Source: an uncultured Gemmatimonadales bacterium
GTDB lineage: Bacteria > Gemmatimonadota > Gemmatimonadetes > Gemmatimonadales > Gemmatimonadaceae
Assembly (NCBI GenBank): GCA_963793305.1
Contig: CAWBZV010000003.1
Coordinates: 352,001 to 416,000 of the forward strand
Reading direction: 5' to 3'
Length of the DNA stretch: 64,000 bases
Part shown: one piece after another, positions 8,754 to 17,500 of the stretch
Layout of the letters: the number at the start of each line of letters is the position of its first letter
Position numbering within the stretch: position 1 is the stretch's first letter
The notes under the pieces: model-generated
What the model saw: only the letters and a program-made list of their open reading frames with translations
Told to the model about the DNA's origin: nothing
The model's database searches: none
Position numbers and translations under genes: made by a program

Positions 8754-10201
8754 CCGACGCCCTTTCGCCGGCCGAATTCGCGGCCGCCGGTCACGAGATG
8801 ATCGATTGGATCGCGCGCTATCTGCGCGAGATCGAGCGGTACCCGGTGCTCTCGCGCGTCACGCCGGGCGAGGTGCGCTCGCATCTCCCGGCGTCGCCGC
8901 CTAGTACGCCCGCGACGTGGTCCGAGATCTTCGCGGACTTCGAGCAGCACGTGTTGCCCGGCGTGACGCACTGGAATCACCCGGGCTTCTTCGCGTACTT
9001 CGCGATCACCGGCTCTGCGCCGGGAATTCTGGCCGAGCTCCTGACCGCGGCGCTCAACGTCAACGCGATGTTGTGGCGGACGGGCCCCGCCGCGACCGAG
9101 CTGGAGCAACTCGCGCTCGACTGGCTGCGCCAGCTCGTCGGGCTGTCACCGGGTTGGTTCGGCATCACGACGGACACGGCGTCGATCTCGTCGATGCTGG
9201 CGCTCGCCGCCGCGCGCGAGCGGCGAGGCGACCTCGAAATACGCTCACGCGGCATCGCTGGACGCGCGGACGTGCCGGTCATGCGTGTCTACTGCTCTGA
9301 ACACGCTCACTCGTCGATCGACAAAGCCGCGATCGCGCTCGGACTCGGTGCCGACAACGTTGTTCACGTTGGCTCGGACGCCGAGTATCGGATGCGGGCC
9401 GACGCGCTATCGGATGTGATCGCCGCGGATCGCGCGCGCGGGATGCTCCCACTCGCCGTGGTCGCGACCGTGGGCACGACCAGCACGACGAGCATCGACC
9501 CTGTCCCCGCAATCGCCGAGGTGTGCCGACGACACGACGTGTGGCTGCACGTCGATGGCGCGTACGGCGGTGTCGCCGCAATGGTGCCCGAGCTCCGCTA
9601 TATCATGGCGGGCGTCGACCAGGCGGACTCCCTGGTGATGAACCCTCACAAGTGGCTGTTCACCCCTGTCGACTGCTCGGCGTTCTACACGCGGCACCCC
9701 GATATCCTCAAGCGCGCGTTCGCGCTGGTCCCCGATTATCTGGTGACGCCGATCGGAGACGAGGCCGTCGACTTCATGAACTATGGCGTGCAACTCGGCC
9801 ACCGGTTCCGCGCGCTCAAGCTGTGGGCGGTGATGCGAGCTTTCGGATCTGACGCCTTGGCGTCAGTGCTGCGCCAGCATTGCGCCTTGGCCACGAGGTT
9901 CGCGGGTTGGGTCGAAGCGGAGCCCCACTGGCAGGTGGTGGCGCCGGTGCCCTTGTCGGTTGTCTGTTTTCGCTACTCCCCGCCAGACCTCTCTCCAGAG
10001 GCTGCGGACGCTCTCAATATGGCGATCTTGGATCGCGTGAACCGCACGGGCCACGCTTATCTCTCGCACACGAAGCTCGGCGGCCGCGTGATTCTCCGCC
10101 TGGCGATCGGAAACGTTCGCACCAACGAGGGTCATGTGGCCCAAGCGTGGCAACTCCTGCAGAATGCGGCCACCAATGAGCCACTTCCCTCGCTCGGCTA
10201 A
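8750..10201 (+). CDS. PLP-dependent aromatic L-amino-acid decarboxylase (group II)
   Basis: PGVTHWNHPGFFAYF, AHSSIDKA, WLHVDGAYGG, NPHKW (PLP Lys), RFRALKLW; GTG overlaps cupin stop. Confidence 0.9.
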   Translation: MTDALSPAEFAAAGHEMIDWIARYLREIERYPVLSRVTPGEVRSHLPASPPSTPATWSEIFADFEQHVLPGVTHWNHPGFFAYFAITGSAPGILAELLTAALNVNAMLWRTGPAATELEQLALDWLRQLVGLSPGWFGITTDTASISSMLALAAARERRGDLEIRSRGIAGRADVPVMRVYCSEHAHSSIDKAAIALGLGADNVVHVGSDAEYRMRADALSDVIAADRARGMLPLAVVATVGTTSTTSIDPVPAIAEVCRRHDVWLHVDGAYGGVAAMVPELRYIMAGVDQADSLVMNPHKWLFTPVDCSAFYTRHPDILKRAFALVPDYLVTPIGDEAVDFMNYGVQLGHRFRALKLWAVMRAFGSDALASVLRQHCALATRFAGWVEAEPHWQVVAPVPLSVVCFRYSPPDLSPEAADALNMAILDRVNRTGHAYLSHTKLGGRVILRLAIGNVRTNEGHVAQAWQLLQNAATNEPLPSLG

Positions 10202-10923
10202 GTACGACCTCGGTTGGATTCGCGCCAGCGTGAGCGGCGGCGCTAATAGTCTGTGGCTTACGGAGTGGCTCGCCGAAGTCATGAACCTTCGCCCGGGCAT
10301 GCGCGTGCTCGATCTGGGCTGCGGCCGCGCCGCCTCATCGATCTTCTTGCATCGCGAGTTCGCCGTTCAGGTTTGGGCGACCGACCTCTGGTTCAACGTG
10401 AACGAGAACCTCAGGCGAGTTCGGGAGGCCGGCGTCGACGACGCCGTCTTCCCAATTCACGCCGACGCTCGCTCCTTGCCGTTCGCTGTCGACTTTTTTG
10501 ACGCCATTGTCTCGATCGACAGCTTCCCGGTACTACGGGACAGATGATCGCTACCTGAGCTATCTCGCCCGCTATCTAAAGGTCGGCGGCCAGATCGGCA
10601 TGGCTGGCGCTGGCCTGATGCGGGAGGTCCAGTCCCCTCCCTCGCATCTAAGAGACTGGTGGGAGCAGGATTTCTGGTGCCTGCACTCAGCCGCCTGGTG
10701 GCGCAATCACTGGGCAAAAACGGGCATCGTCGACGTTGAAGTGGCCGATAGTATGCCGGACGGTTGGCAGATCTGGCTCAACTGGCACAAGTCGGAGTAC
10801 CCAGACAACGCGGTCGAAATTCGGTCCCTCGAAGCCGACCGGGGGGAATACATGGGCTACGTTCGGTGCTGCGGACACCGACGCCCGGGCATTGACCTAG
10901 CCGATCCGATCGTATCGCAGTAG
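10176..10923 (+). CDS. Class I SAM-dependent methyltransferase, frameshift near 10530
   Basis: VLDLGCGRAASS, ADARSLPF, DAIVSIDSF continuing as YYGTDDRYL in the next frame. Confidence 0.8.
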
Positions 10924-11020
10924 CTGGTGTTTCGCTTCGAATACCGGCTGCACATTCGAATCGGACGGTGTCCGGGCATTGATCTAGCCGATCCTATCGT
11001 GTCGCCGTAGTCGTTGTTTC
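10885..11020 (+). repeat. 49-bp imperfect direct repeat (10885-10933 and 10972-11020)
   Basis: 42 of 49 positions identical; duplicates the methyltransferase 3' end. Confidence 0.85.
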
Positions 11021-11030
11021 ACGTGGGACG
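11015..11030. promoter_or_regulatory. parS: Degenerate parS site upstream of parA
   Basis: TGTTTCACGTGGGACG versus consensus TGTTTCACGTGAAACA. Confidence 0.55.
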
Positions 11031-11077
11031 CCGGCCGCGCTTATCTTACCGGCCGATTCCGAGGGAGACAAAAAGCC

Positions 11078-11884
11078 GTGGCCCGAGCGATTGCGATCGC
11101 GAACCAAAAAGGCGGTGTCGGCAAGACAACAACCGCGATCAACCTGGCCGCCAGCTTTGCGGTCGCCGAACAGCGCACACTCCTAGTAGATGGCGACCCG
11201 CAGGCCAACGCCACGAGCGGTGTCGGCATAGTCCGCGACCAGCTCCGTCTCACGACCTACGACTCGCTGATCAACGGGACGCCAATCGCCGAAGCGCGCC
11301 TCGAACAAGTGCTCTTCAGACACCTCGACGTGTTGCCTGCCACCCCAGATCTGGCGGGTGCCGAGGTGGAGTTAGTCGAGCGCCCGAACCGCGAGACGGC
11401 GATGCGCGACGCCATCGACGCCGTCCGCGATGACTACGACTTCATCTTCATCGACTGCCCGCCCTCGCTCGGCCTGATCACCGTCAACATGCTGGCGGCC
11501 GCAGACTCGCTCCTCATTCCGCTACAGTGCGAGTACTACGCGCTCGAGGGATTGTCGCAGCTCATGCGCACGGTCGAGCTCGTGCGGCGCGCCGTCAATC
11601 CGAGGCTGACGGTAGATGCCGTCCTTCTGACGATGTACGACACCCGGCTCAATCTCTCCCGCCAGGTGGCGGTCGACGCCCGCGAGTATTTCGGCGACCG
11701 CGTGCTGACCTCGGTTATCCCCCGCAATATTCGGCTGGCGGAAGCGCCAAGTTTTGGTAAGCCGATCATCCAATACGATGTCGGCTCTTTGGGCGCCCAA
11801 TCGTATGTTAGTGCCGCGAAGGAGCTCCTAGGCCGATACTCGGTCAATATCCCACCCACATCAAACAGCGAGGTTTTCACGTGA
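11078..11884 (+). CDS. parA: Chromosome partitioning ATPase ParA/Soj
   Basis: [10 protein letters not shown] deviant Walker [39 protein letters not shown]. Confidence 0.96.
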   Translation: MARAIAIANQKGGVGKTTTAINLAASFAVAEQRTLLVDGDPQANATSGVGIVRDQLRLTTYDSLINGTPIAEARLEQVLFRHLDVLPATPDLAGAEVELVERPNRETAMRDAIDAVRDDYDFIFIDCPPSLGLITVNMLAAADSLLIPLQCEYYALEGLSQLMRTVELVRRAVNPRLTVDAVLLTMYDTRLNLSRQVAVDAREYFGDRVLTSVIPRNIRLAEAPSFGKPIIQYDVGSLGAQSYVSAAKELLGRYSVNIPPTSNSEVFT

Positions 11885-11888
11885 AACA
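11873..11888. promoter_or_regulatory. parS: parS site (2 mismatches)
   Basis: GTTTTCACGTGAAACA overlapping the parA stop. Confidence 0.8.
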
Positions 11889-11931
11889 AGAACTCCTCGG
11901 CCGATACGCGCCACCCACATCGAACAGCGAG

Positions 11932-11947
11932 TGTTTCACGTGAAACA
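11932..11947. promoter_or_regulatory. parS: parS site (perfect)
   Basis: TGTTTCACGTGAAACA palindrome. Confidence 0.95.
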
Positions 11948-12124
11948 GGAAGGTCGACGACTACTCGGTCTATGGCCCGAGGCGTTTCTTTGTCGCCAAG
12001 ACGCCGGAACGACCACGCCGACCTCGGAGTCCCCCGCGTGAATCGGCGCAATCATATGTTAGTGCCGCGAAAGAACTCCTCGGCCGATACGCGGTCAATA
12101 TCCCACCTGCGGTCGACCAGCGAG

Positions 12125-12140
12125 TGTTTCACGTGAAACA
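12125..12140. promoter_or_regulatory. parS: parS site (perfect)
   Basis: TGTTTCACGTGAAACA palindrome. Confidence 0.95.
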
Positions 12141-12182
12141 AGAACTCCTCGGCCGATACGCGCCACCCACATCGAACAGCGA

Positions 12183-13112
12183 GTGTTTCACGTGAAACAG
12201 GAAGGTCGACGACTCGGTCGAGGGCTCGAAGCGCTTCTTGGTCGCCATGACGCGCCAACGACAATGCCGACCGGGGAGTCCCCCCTACGTGAAATAGCGG
12301 TCGCCGACATCCGGCCGAATCCGTTTCAGCCACGAACGGAGTTCAGGCCTGAAGACATCGAGGAACTCAAGGAGAGCCTAGCGCAGAATGGACTGCTGCA
12401 GCCAATCACAGTTAGACCAGCTGGGGCCGGCTTTGAGCTGATTGCTGGCGAGCGGCGACTCCGGGCCGCAGTGGCGCTAGGCTGGCAGCAGATTAGCGCC
12501 ATTATAAGGCCGATCGACGACCGGTCTGCTCTCACACTCGCGCTTGTCGAGAACCTACAACGAGCCGACCTCAACCCTATGGAAGAGGCCGAAGGCTACC
12601 AGCGTCTGGCGGGCGAGTTTCACTTGTCCAGTGAAGACATTGCCCAGGCCGTCGGCAAAGCCCGGACGACCATCGTTAATTCGCTCCGGCTACTCGCGCT
12701 ACCTGACAGGGTGAAGGGCCTGGTGCGGGATGGCTCGATTTCGGCTGGCCATGGTCGAGCGATTCTGGGGCTCACTGGAGAACACCAGCGAACTGACGCA
12801 GCGTTAGTTGCGATTGCAAGGGGTTTTAGCGTTCGCAATATCGAGGAGTATGTGAGGCAAAAGGCCGCGGCGCCAAAGGTCCCGATCGCGACAACGCCGC
12901 GCGACCTCGATGCTCCGCCGGCGAGCGACGCCAGAGGACCTCAGGTTCGCCGAATCGAGGATCAACTGAGAACGTATCTTCAGACCGACGTGCGCGTCGA
13001 TTTGAGCGGACCGGAGAGCGGCAACATCTCCATTCGCTTCTACTCCAGCGAAGATCTCGATCGAGTACTGGAGCGCATCGTGGGACCCGCAGATATCGAC
13101 GAGGCGCGATAA
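12183..13112 (+). CDS. parB: Chromosome partitioning CTPase ParB/Spo0J
   Basis: LGRGLEALL, PNPFQPR, GLLQPI, LIAGERRLRA, ALVENLQRADLN, HTH region. Confidence 0.96.
   Translation: MFHVKQEGRRLGRGLEALLGRHDAPTTMPTGESPLREIAVADIRPNPFQPRTEFRPEDIEELKESLAQNGLLQPITVRPAGAGFELIAGERRLRAAVALGWQQISAIIRPIDDRSALTLALVENLQRADLNPMEEAEGYQRLAGEFHLSSEDIAQAVGKARTTIVNSLRLLALPDRVKGLVRDGSISAGHGRAILGLTGEHQRTDAALVAIARGFSVRNIEEYVRQKAAAPKVPIATTPRDLDAPPASDARGPQVRRIEDQLRTYLQTDVRVDLSGPESGNISIRFYSSEDLDRVLERIVGPADIDEAR
12184..12199. promoter_or_regulatory. parS: parS site (perfect) overlapping the parB start
   Basis: TGTTTCACGTGAAACA, encoding MFHVKQ. Confidence 0.95.
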
Positions 13113-13667
13113 ATGTCCGACCCCTCTCGCGAATTCAACCCGCGAGCACACGGCAATATCTACACGCCGCACGCGGGACAGATGGTCATCCACGTCGCGC
13201 GCGAGAGTGGGCTGCAGAGTCGCACCTTTGTCTTGAGCCCAGGGCAAGTCCGGCTGCTCCGATTCTTCTTCCGGTCGCGAGCGACTCGCATCGGGGCTGT
13301 TATCGCGATCGTCCTTCTCGCGCTCGTGATCACTCAAGCCGCACGCGTGCCGATGCTCAACTATCGCATCGCCCACATGGAGCACGAGGCCGCGCGGCTC
13401 GATACGCTCGAGCGCTCCCTCGCGGAGTTGCAGAAGCGGTACGACCAAGTCCAGCATATGCTCGGGGCTAGCGCCGAGGCGTTCCCCGCCGCGGGCGGCG
13501 ATACCCTGCACCGGGCGCGATCAGCTCGTGCGTCACGAACCAACGTCGATCAGGCGACGGGTTCGCCAACACTCGCGCCAACAGTCGCGCCAACGGGCGA
13601 GACGTTGCAGACAACCGACTCGACGGTCGTATCGCCGCGTTCAAAATCGGCCGATCCGATGGACTGA
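13113..13667 (+). CDS. Hypothetical membrane-anchored coiled-coil protein
   Basis: One hydrophobic helix then coiled coil; abuts parB and precedes bactofilin. Confidence 0.65.
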   Translation: MSDPSREFNPRAHGNIYTPHAGQMVIHVARESGLQSRTFVLSPGQVRLLRFFFRSRATRIGAVIAIVLLALVITQAARVPMLNYRIAHMEHEAARLDTLERSLAELQKRYDQVQHMLGASAEAFPAAGGDTLHRARSARASRTNVDQATGSPTLAPTVAPTGETLQTTDSTVVSPRSKSADPMD

Positions 13668-13742
13668 CATACGTGCCGGTAGCGATAGATTGTTCGTCAA
13701 ACCGGAGCGATCTCTCGAACCCCCCAGTCAGAGCAACCCGCC

Positions 13743-14195
13743 ATGGCCATGTTCACCAAAGACTCCCCGGATAAGTCAGACACGAAGCAGTCCTCAGCCG
13801 CGCCCAATGAGGCAGCGCTCTCGATCATCGCCTTCGGGATGAAAGTCCATGGTGACATCGACACGAGTGGCGTCCTCAAGGTCGAGGGAACCATAGAGGG
13901 CACAGTTCGCGGCGCGCGCCAAGTGCTCGTCGGTCGACAGGGCGAAGTGAAAGGCGACGTCCACGCGAAAGAAGTCGTGATCGGCGGGAAGGTCGACGGG
14001 ACCGTCCACGCGACCGAGCGCGTCGAGATTCAAGGCACGTCGAGCGTGAATGGCGATATTTACACGAAGTCGATCGTCGTGCTCGAAGGCGGGAAGATCA
14101 ACGGGACCGTCCGCATGGACGAAGCGACGAAGTCGAATCCGATTCGCACGGACACGAAACCCCTCCCAGTCTCTCCGGTCGCCGTAGTTCGATGA
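13743..14195 (+). CDS. Bactofilin (polymer-forming cytoskeletal protein)
   Basis: SIIAFGMKVHGDI, LKVEGTIEG, VVIGGKVDGTV, VNGDI, GGKING beta-helix repeats. Confidence 0.9.
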   Translation: MAMFTKDSPDKSDTKQSSAAPNEAALSIIAFGMKVHGDIDTSGVLKVEGTIEGTVRGARQVLVGRQGEVKGDVHAKEVVIGGKVDGTVHATERVEIQGTSSVNGDIYTKSIVVLEGGKINGTVRMDEATKSNPIRTDTKPLPVSPVAVVR

Positions 14196-15229
14196 CGGTG
14201 GCGCGGCCGCGCTCAGTCCAAGCGAGGGCCGCGCTGGCTGGTGTCGCCATCGCTGGCGCCGTCCTGGCGCTCGCGTGCGGCGAGGCGCCGGAGGCGCATT
14301 CGCACAGGCTCGCGTCCGACCGAGCCGCCGACACGAAAGCGGGGCCGTTCAAAGTCGCGCTGCTCACGCCCGGGCCGATATCCGACCAGGCATGGAACGC
14401 CGGCGCGTACAACGGCCTGCTCAGAATTCGGGATAGCCTGGGCGCCGAGATCAGCAACGTCCAAACGAAGACGCCAGCAGAATTCGAGGAAAATTTCCGA
14501 CAGTACGCGACGCAGGGCTACAGCCTCGTCATCGGCCACGGATTCGAGTTCCAAGATGCGGCCGAGCGAGTCTCCCCAGACTTTCCGGCGACGGTGTTCA
14601 TCGTCACGTCCGGCGACCGCAACGGGGCGAACTTCACGGGGATCAACTTCGCGTTCCAAGATGGCGCGTACCTGGCCGGCATAGCGGCTGGCGCCGTCAC
14701 GCGCAGCAACACGATCGGGGTCATTGGCGGGACCGAGCTCCCGCCGGTTAAGACCAGCTTCGACGCCTTCGCCAAAGGCGCGCAAGCGATCAACCCGAAC
14801 GTGAAAGTTCTTACGTCATACATTGGGAATTGGGAAGACGTGAGCGCGGGCCGCGAGCAAGCCCTGGCACAGATCAGCCAAGGCGCCGACGTCATTTTCC
14901 AAAATGCGGACGCAGCAGGACTCGGCGTTTTTCAGGCCGTGAAAGAGTCAAAGGACGTGTATATCATCGGGGCCAACTCCGACCAGAACGCACTCGCGCC
15001 GAACGTCACGCTGGGCAGCGTCGTCATCGACCTTCCCCACGCATTGCTCATGATCGCGAGAGAAGTGAAAAATGGGCTGTTCATCTCGCGCCCGATCACC
15101 TACGGCGCCAAGGACGATGTCGTGAGGCTGATACTCAATCCGCAGCTCACGTCGCGGATCCCCGATCGCGCGATCGTGGCGATCGACTCCGTGCAGAAGC
15201 TGCTCGTGTCGGGGCGCTCTGTCGAATAG
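14192..15229 (+). CDS. BMP-family ABC transporter substrate-binding lipoprotein (nucleoside type)
   Basis: Lipobox LALAC; PISDQAWN, IGHGFEF, GAYLAG, GADVIF, IGANSDQ. Confidence 0.88.
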   Translation: MTVARPRSVQARAALAGVAIAGAVLALACGEAPEAHSHRLASDRAADTKAGPFKVALLTPGPISDQAWNAGAYNGLLRIRDSLGAEISNVQTKTPAEFEENFRQYATQGYSLVIGHGFEFQDAAERVSPDFPATVFIVTSGDRNGANFTGINFAFQDGAYLAGIAAGAVTRSNTIGVIGGTELPPVKTSFDAFAKGAQAINPNVKVLTSYIGNWEDVSAGREQALAQISQGADVIFQNADAAGLGVFQAVKESKDVYIIGANSDQNALAPNVTLGSVVIDLPHALLMIAREVKNGLFISRPITYGAKDDVVRLILNPQLTSRIPDRAIVAIDSVQKLLVSGRSVE

Positions 15230-16001
15230 CGTCAACTCCAGTACGATCGCCGAGCATCTCGATGGGATCCTCGGCACGGCGAGCGTACCAGATTATCCGG
15301 CGGCCCTGAACGGACTCCAGGTCGCGAACCGCGGGCCAGTACGAAAAATCGCGACCGCCGTCGATGCATCCCTCCGCACGATCTTAGGCGCGATCGCCGC
15401 GGACGCGAATTTGCTCATTGTCCATCATGGCCTCTTCTGGGGTGGCGCTCAGCGACTCGTCGGCCATCGATACGAGCGCCTGCGACTTTTACTCGAACGC
15501 GACGTCGCGGTCTACGCATCCCACCTGCCGCTCGACCGACATCCGACACTCGGTAACAACGCCCTGCTCGCCCGCGCGTTGGGACTCGAACCCACGGGCG
15601 AATTCGCGCGGTATGAGTCGATCGCGATCGGCGTCCGTGGCGAAGACACGCGGCCGACCGCGCAAATCGTGGACGCCGCGCGCACGTTCGCACGCCAGCA
15701 CGGCGGCGATGTCCACACCAGCGCCCTCCCGCGCGGGCGCGTCACCCGGCGCTGGGGCATCTGCAGCGGAGCCGGCGCATCGGCTGAAACCCTGAGTGAG
15801 GCGACCGCGCTCGGCATTGACACGCTTATCGTTGGCGAAGGACCGCACTGGACGGCGGTCGAGGCACCCGAGCTGGAGCTCGTCATCATCTACGCCGGTC
15901 ACTACGCGACCGAGACGCTCGGCGTCCGTGCGCTCGGTGAGCACGTCTCGCAGACGTTCGGTATCCCCTGGACGTTTGTCGACGATCCGACGGGCACGTG
16001 A
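15219..16001 (+). CDS. Nif3-like dinuclear metal centre protein (start uncertain)
   Basis: In-frame upstream extension DYPAALNGLQV..KIATAVDA; IVHHGLFW, HLPLDRHPTLGNN, AGHYATE. Confidence 0.88.
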   Translation: MSNSVNSSTIAEHLDGILGTASVPDYPAALNGLQVANRGPVRKIATAVDASLRTILGAIAADANLLIVHHGLFWGGAQRLVGHRYERLRLLLERDVAVYASHLPLDRHPTLGNNALLARALGLEPTGEFARYESIAIGVRGEDTRPTAQIVDAARTFARQHGGDVHTSALPRGRVTRRWGICSGAGASAETLSEATALGIDTLIVGEGPHWTAVEAPELELVIIYAGHYATETLGVRALGEHVSQTFGIPWTFVDDPTGT

Positions 16002-17491
16002 GCGAGCTACAGCTCCGCGACATCTCGAAACGGTTCGGCTCGTTAGGCTCAATAGTCGCGCTCGATCACGCCCAACTCAACGTCGACCGCGGGACCGTGC
16101 ACGCCCTCCTCGGCGAGAACGGCGCCGGGAAGACAACGCTCATGCGCATCGCGTACGGGATGATCCGGCCGGACAGCGGCACGATCCTGGTCGATGGCGT
16201 CGAGCAGAAATTTGGGTCGCCTTCTAACGCGCTGGCGGTAGGAATTGGGATGGTCCAGCAGCACTACGCGCTCGTAGACCGCATGACAGTGGCCGAGAAT
16301 GTCGCCCTTGTCGGGACAGCGGCGCGCGACTGGCGCTATAGCGCCGACCGGGCCGCCCGTACTGTGCGGCAACTCAGCCAGGAAGTCGGCCTCGAGATCG
16401 ACCCGGCCGCCCGCGTCAGTGATCTCTCAATAGCTGGCCAGCAGCGCGTCGAGATCTTCAAAGCCCTCGCCCGCTCCGCCCGCATTCTCATTCTCGACGA
16501 GCCGACCGCGGTACTCGCGCCGGCGGAAGCCGCGCAACTCCTTGCCTGGCTCCGGCGAGTAGCGGACGCCGGCCGCACCGTTGTCCTCATCACGCACAAG
16601 CTCCGCGACGCTCTCGGAGTCGCCGATAACGTGACAGTGTTACGCCACGGTCGCACCGTCGCGACGATGCCGGCGCGCTCGGCGACCGAAGAATCACTCG
16701 CCGTGGCCATGCTCGGCTCCGCCCCATCGGCTCCATCGACTCCAACAGTCGCCACAAAACAACCGCGCTCCACGCCGGGCGCACCAGTCATTCGCGCGGA
16801 CGGAGTCGATATCGTCGACACGAGAGGAGTCCTTCGCGTGCACAACGCCACATTCGCCGTCCACGCCGGCGAGATCGTCGGCCTCGCGGCCGTCGAAGGC
16901 GAAGGACAGGTCCCCCTGCTCCAGGCCATCGCCGGGCGACGACGTGCGACGGCTGGGAAACTCGAGGCGCCCACCGACATCGGGTTCGTGCCCGAAGACC
17001 GGCTGCGCGATGCGCTCATCGAAGACTTTCCGCTGTACGAGAACGTCTACCTCCGCGGCGCGGGCCGCGCGCGCGGGCGCGTACAGTGGGCGGCGCAACG
17101 GCAGGCGACCGCGACGCTCCTCGAGCGATTCGACATCCGCGCCGCCGGGCCAAACGTGAGCGCGCGCACGCTGTCGGGCGGCAATCAGCAACGCCTGGTC
17201 TTAGGTCGAGAGCTAGGTCGAGAGCTCGGCGGCGCCGCGGGTGCCGCTGCTTCTTCTATAATCGCGCTCAACCCCACGCGCGGACTCGACATCCAAGCCA
17301 CGGCCGCCATTCACGACCGCCTCCTCGCCGCACGGGACGCCGGCGCGGCGATCGTGCTCTATTCGAGTGACCTCGACGAAGTGCTGGAGCTGGCCGATCG
17401 GGTGCTGGTGCTTGCCCATCGAACCGTCCAAGAGATCCCGCCGCCATTCGATCGCGATCTGGTGGGCCGGGCGATGCTCGGATTGCGCTAA
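15998..17491 (+). CDS. ABC transporter ATP-binding protein (two NBDs, nucleoside/sugar type)
   Basis: GENGAGKTT, ILDEPTAVL, ITHKL, LSGGNQQ, PTRGLD. Confidence 0.92.
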   Translation: MSELQLRDISKRFGSLGSIVALDHAQLNVDRGTVHALLGENGAGKTTLMRIAYGMIRPDSGTILVDGVEQKFGSPSNALAVGIGMVQQHYALVDRMTVAENVALVGTAARDWRYSADRAARTVRQLSQEVGLEIDPAARVSDLSIAGQQRVEIFKALARSARILILDEPTAVLAPAEAAQLLAWLRRVADAGRTVVLITHKLRDALGVADNVTVLRHGRTVATMPARSATEESLAVAMLGSAPSAPSTPTVATKQPRSTPGAPVIRADGVDIVDTRGVLRVHNATFAVHAGEIVGLAAVEGEGQVPLLQAIAGRRRATAGKLEAPTDIGFVPEDRLRDALIEDFPLYENVYLRGAGRARGRVQWAAQRQATATLLERFDIRAAGPNVSARTLSGGNQQRLVLGRELGRELGGAAGAAASSIIALNPTRGLDIQATAAIHDRLLAARDAGAAIVLYSSDLDEVLELADRVLVLAHRTVQEIPPPFDRDLVGRAMLGLR

Positions 17492-17500
17492 ATTGGGGAC

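Larger units (their letters stand above)
11798..12300 (+). repeat. About 251-bp tandem duplication of the parA-parB junction, each unit with an internal 59-bp period
   Basis: Units start CAATCGTATGTTAGTGCCGCGAA (11798) and CAATCATATGTTAGTGCCGCGAA (12049); central part identical, flanks diverged. Confidence 0.92.

Noticed and set aside
11873..12199. CRISPR-like array of palindromic repeats with spacers
   Set aside because: Repeats match the parS consensus, spacers are copies of each other and of parA/parB sequence, and no cas genes are present.
17202..17225. 12-bp duplication (GRELGREL) in the ABC ATPase
   Set aside because: In-frame slippage in a variable region; no wider pattern.
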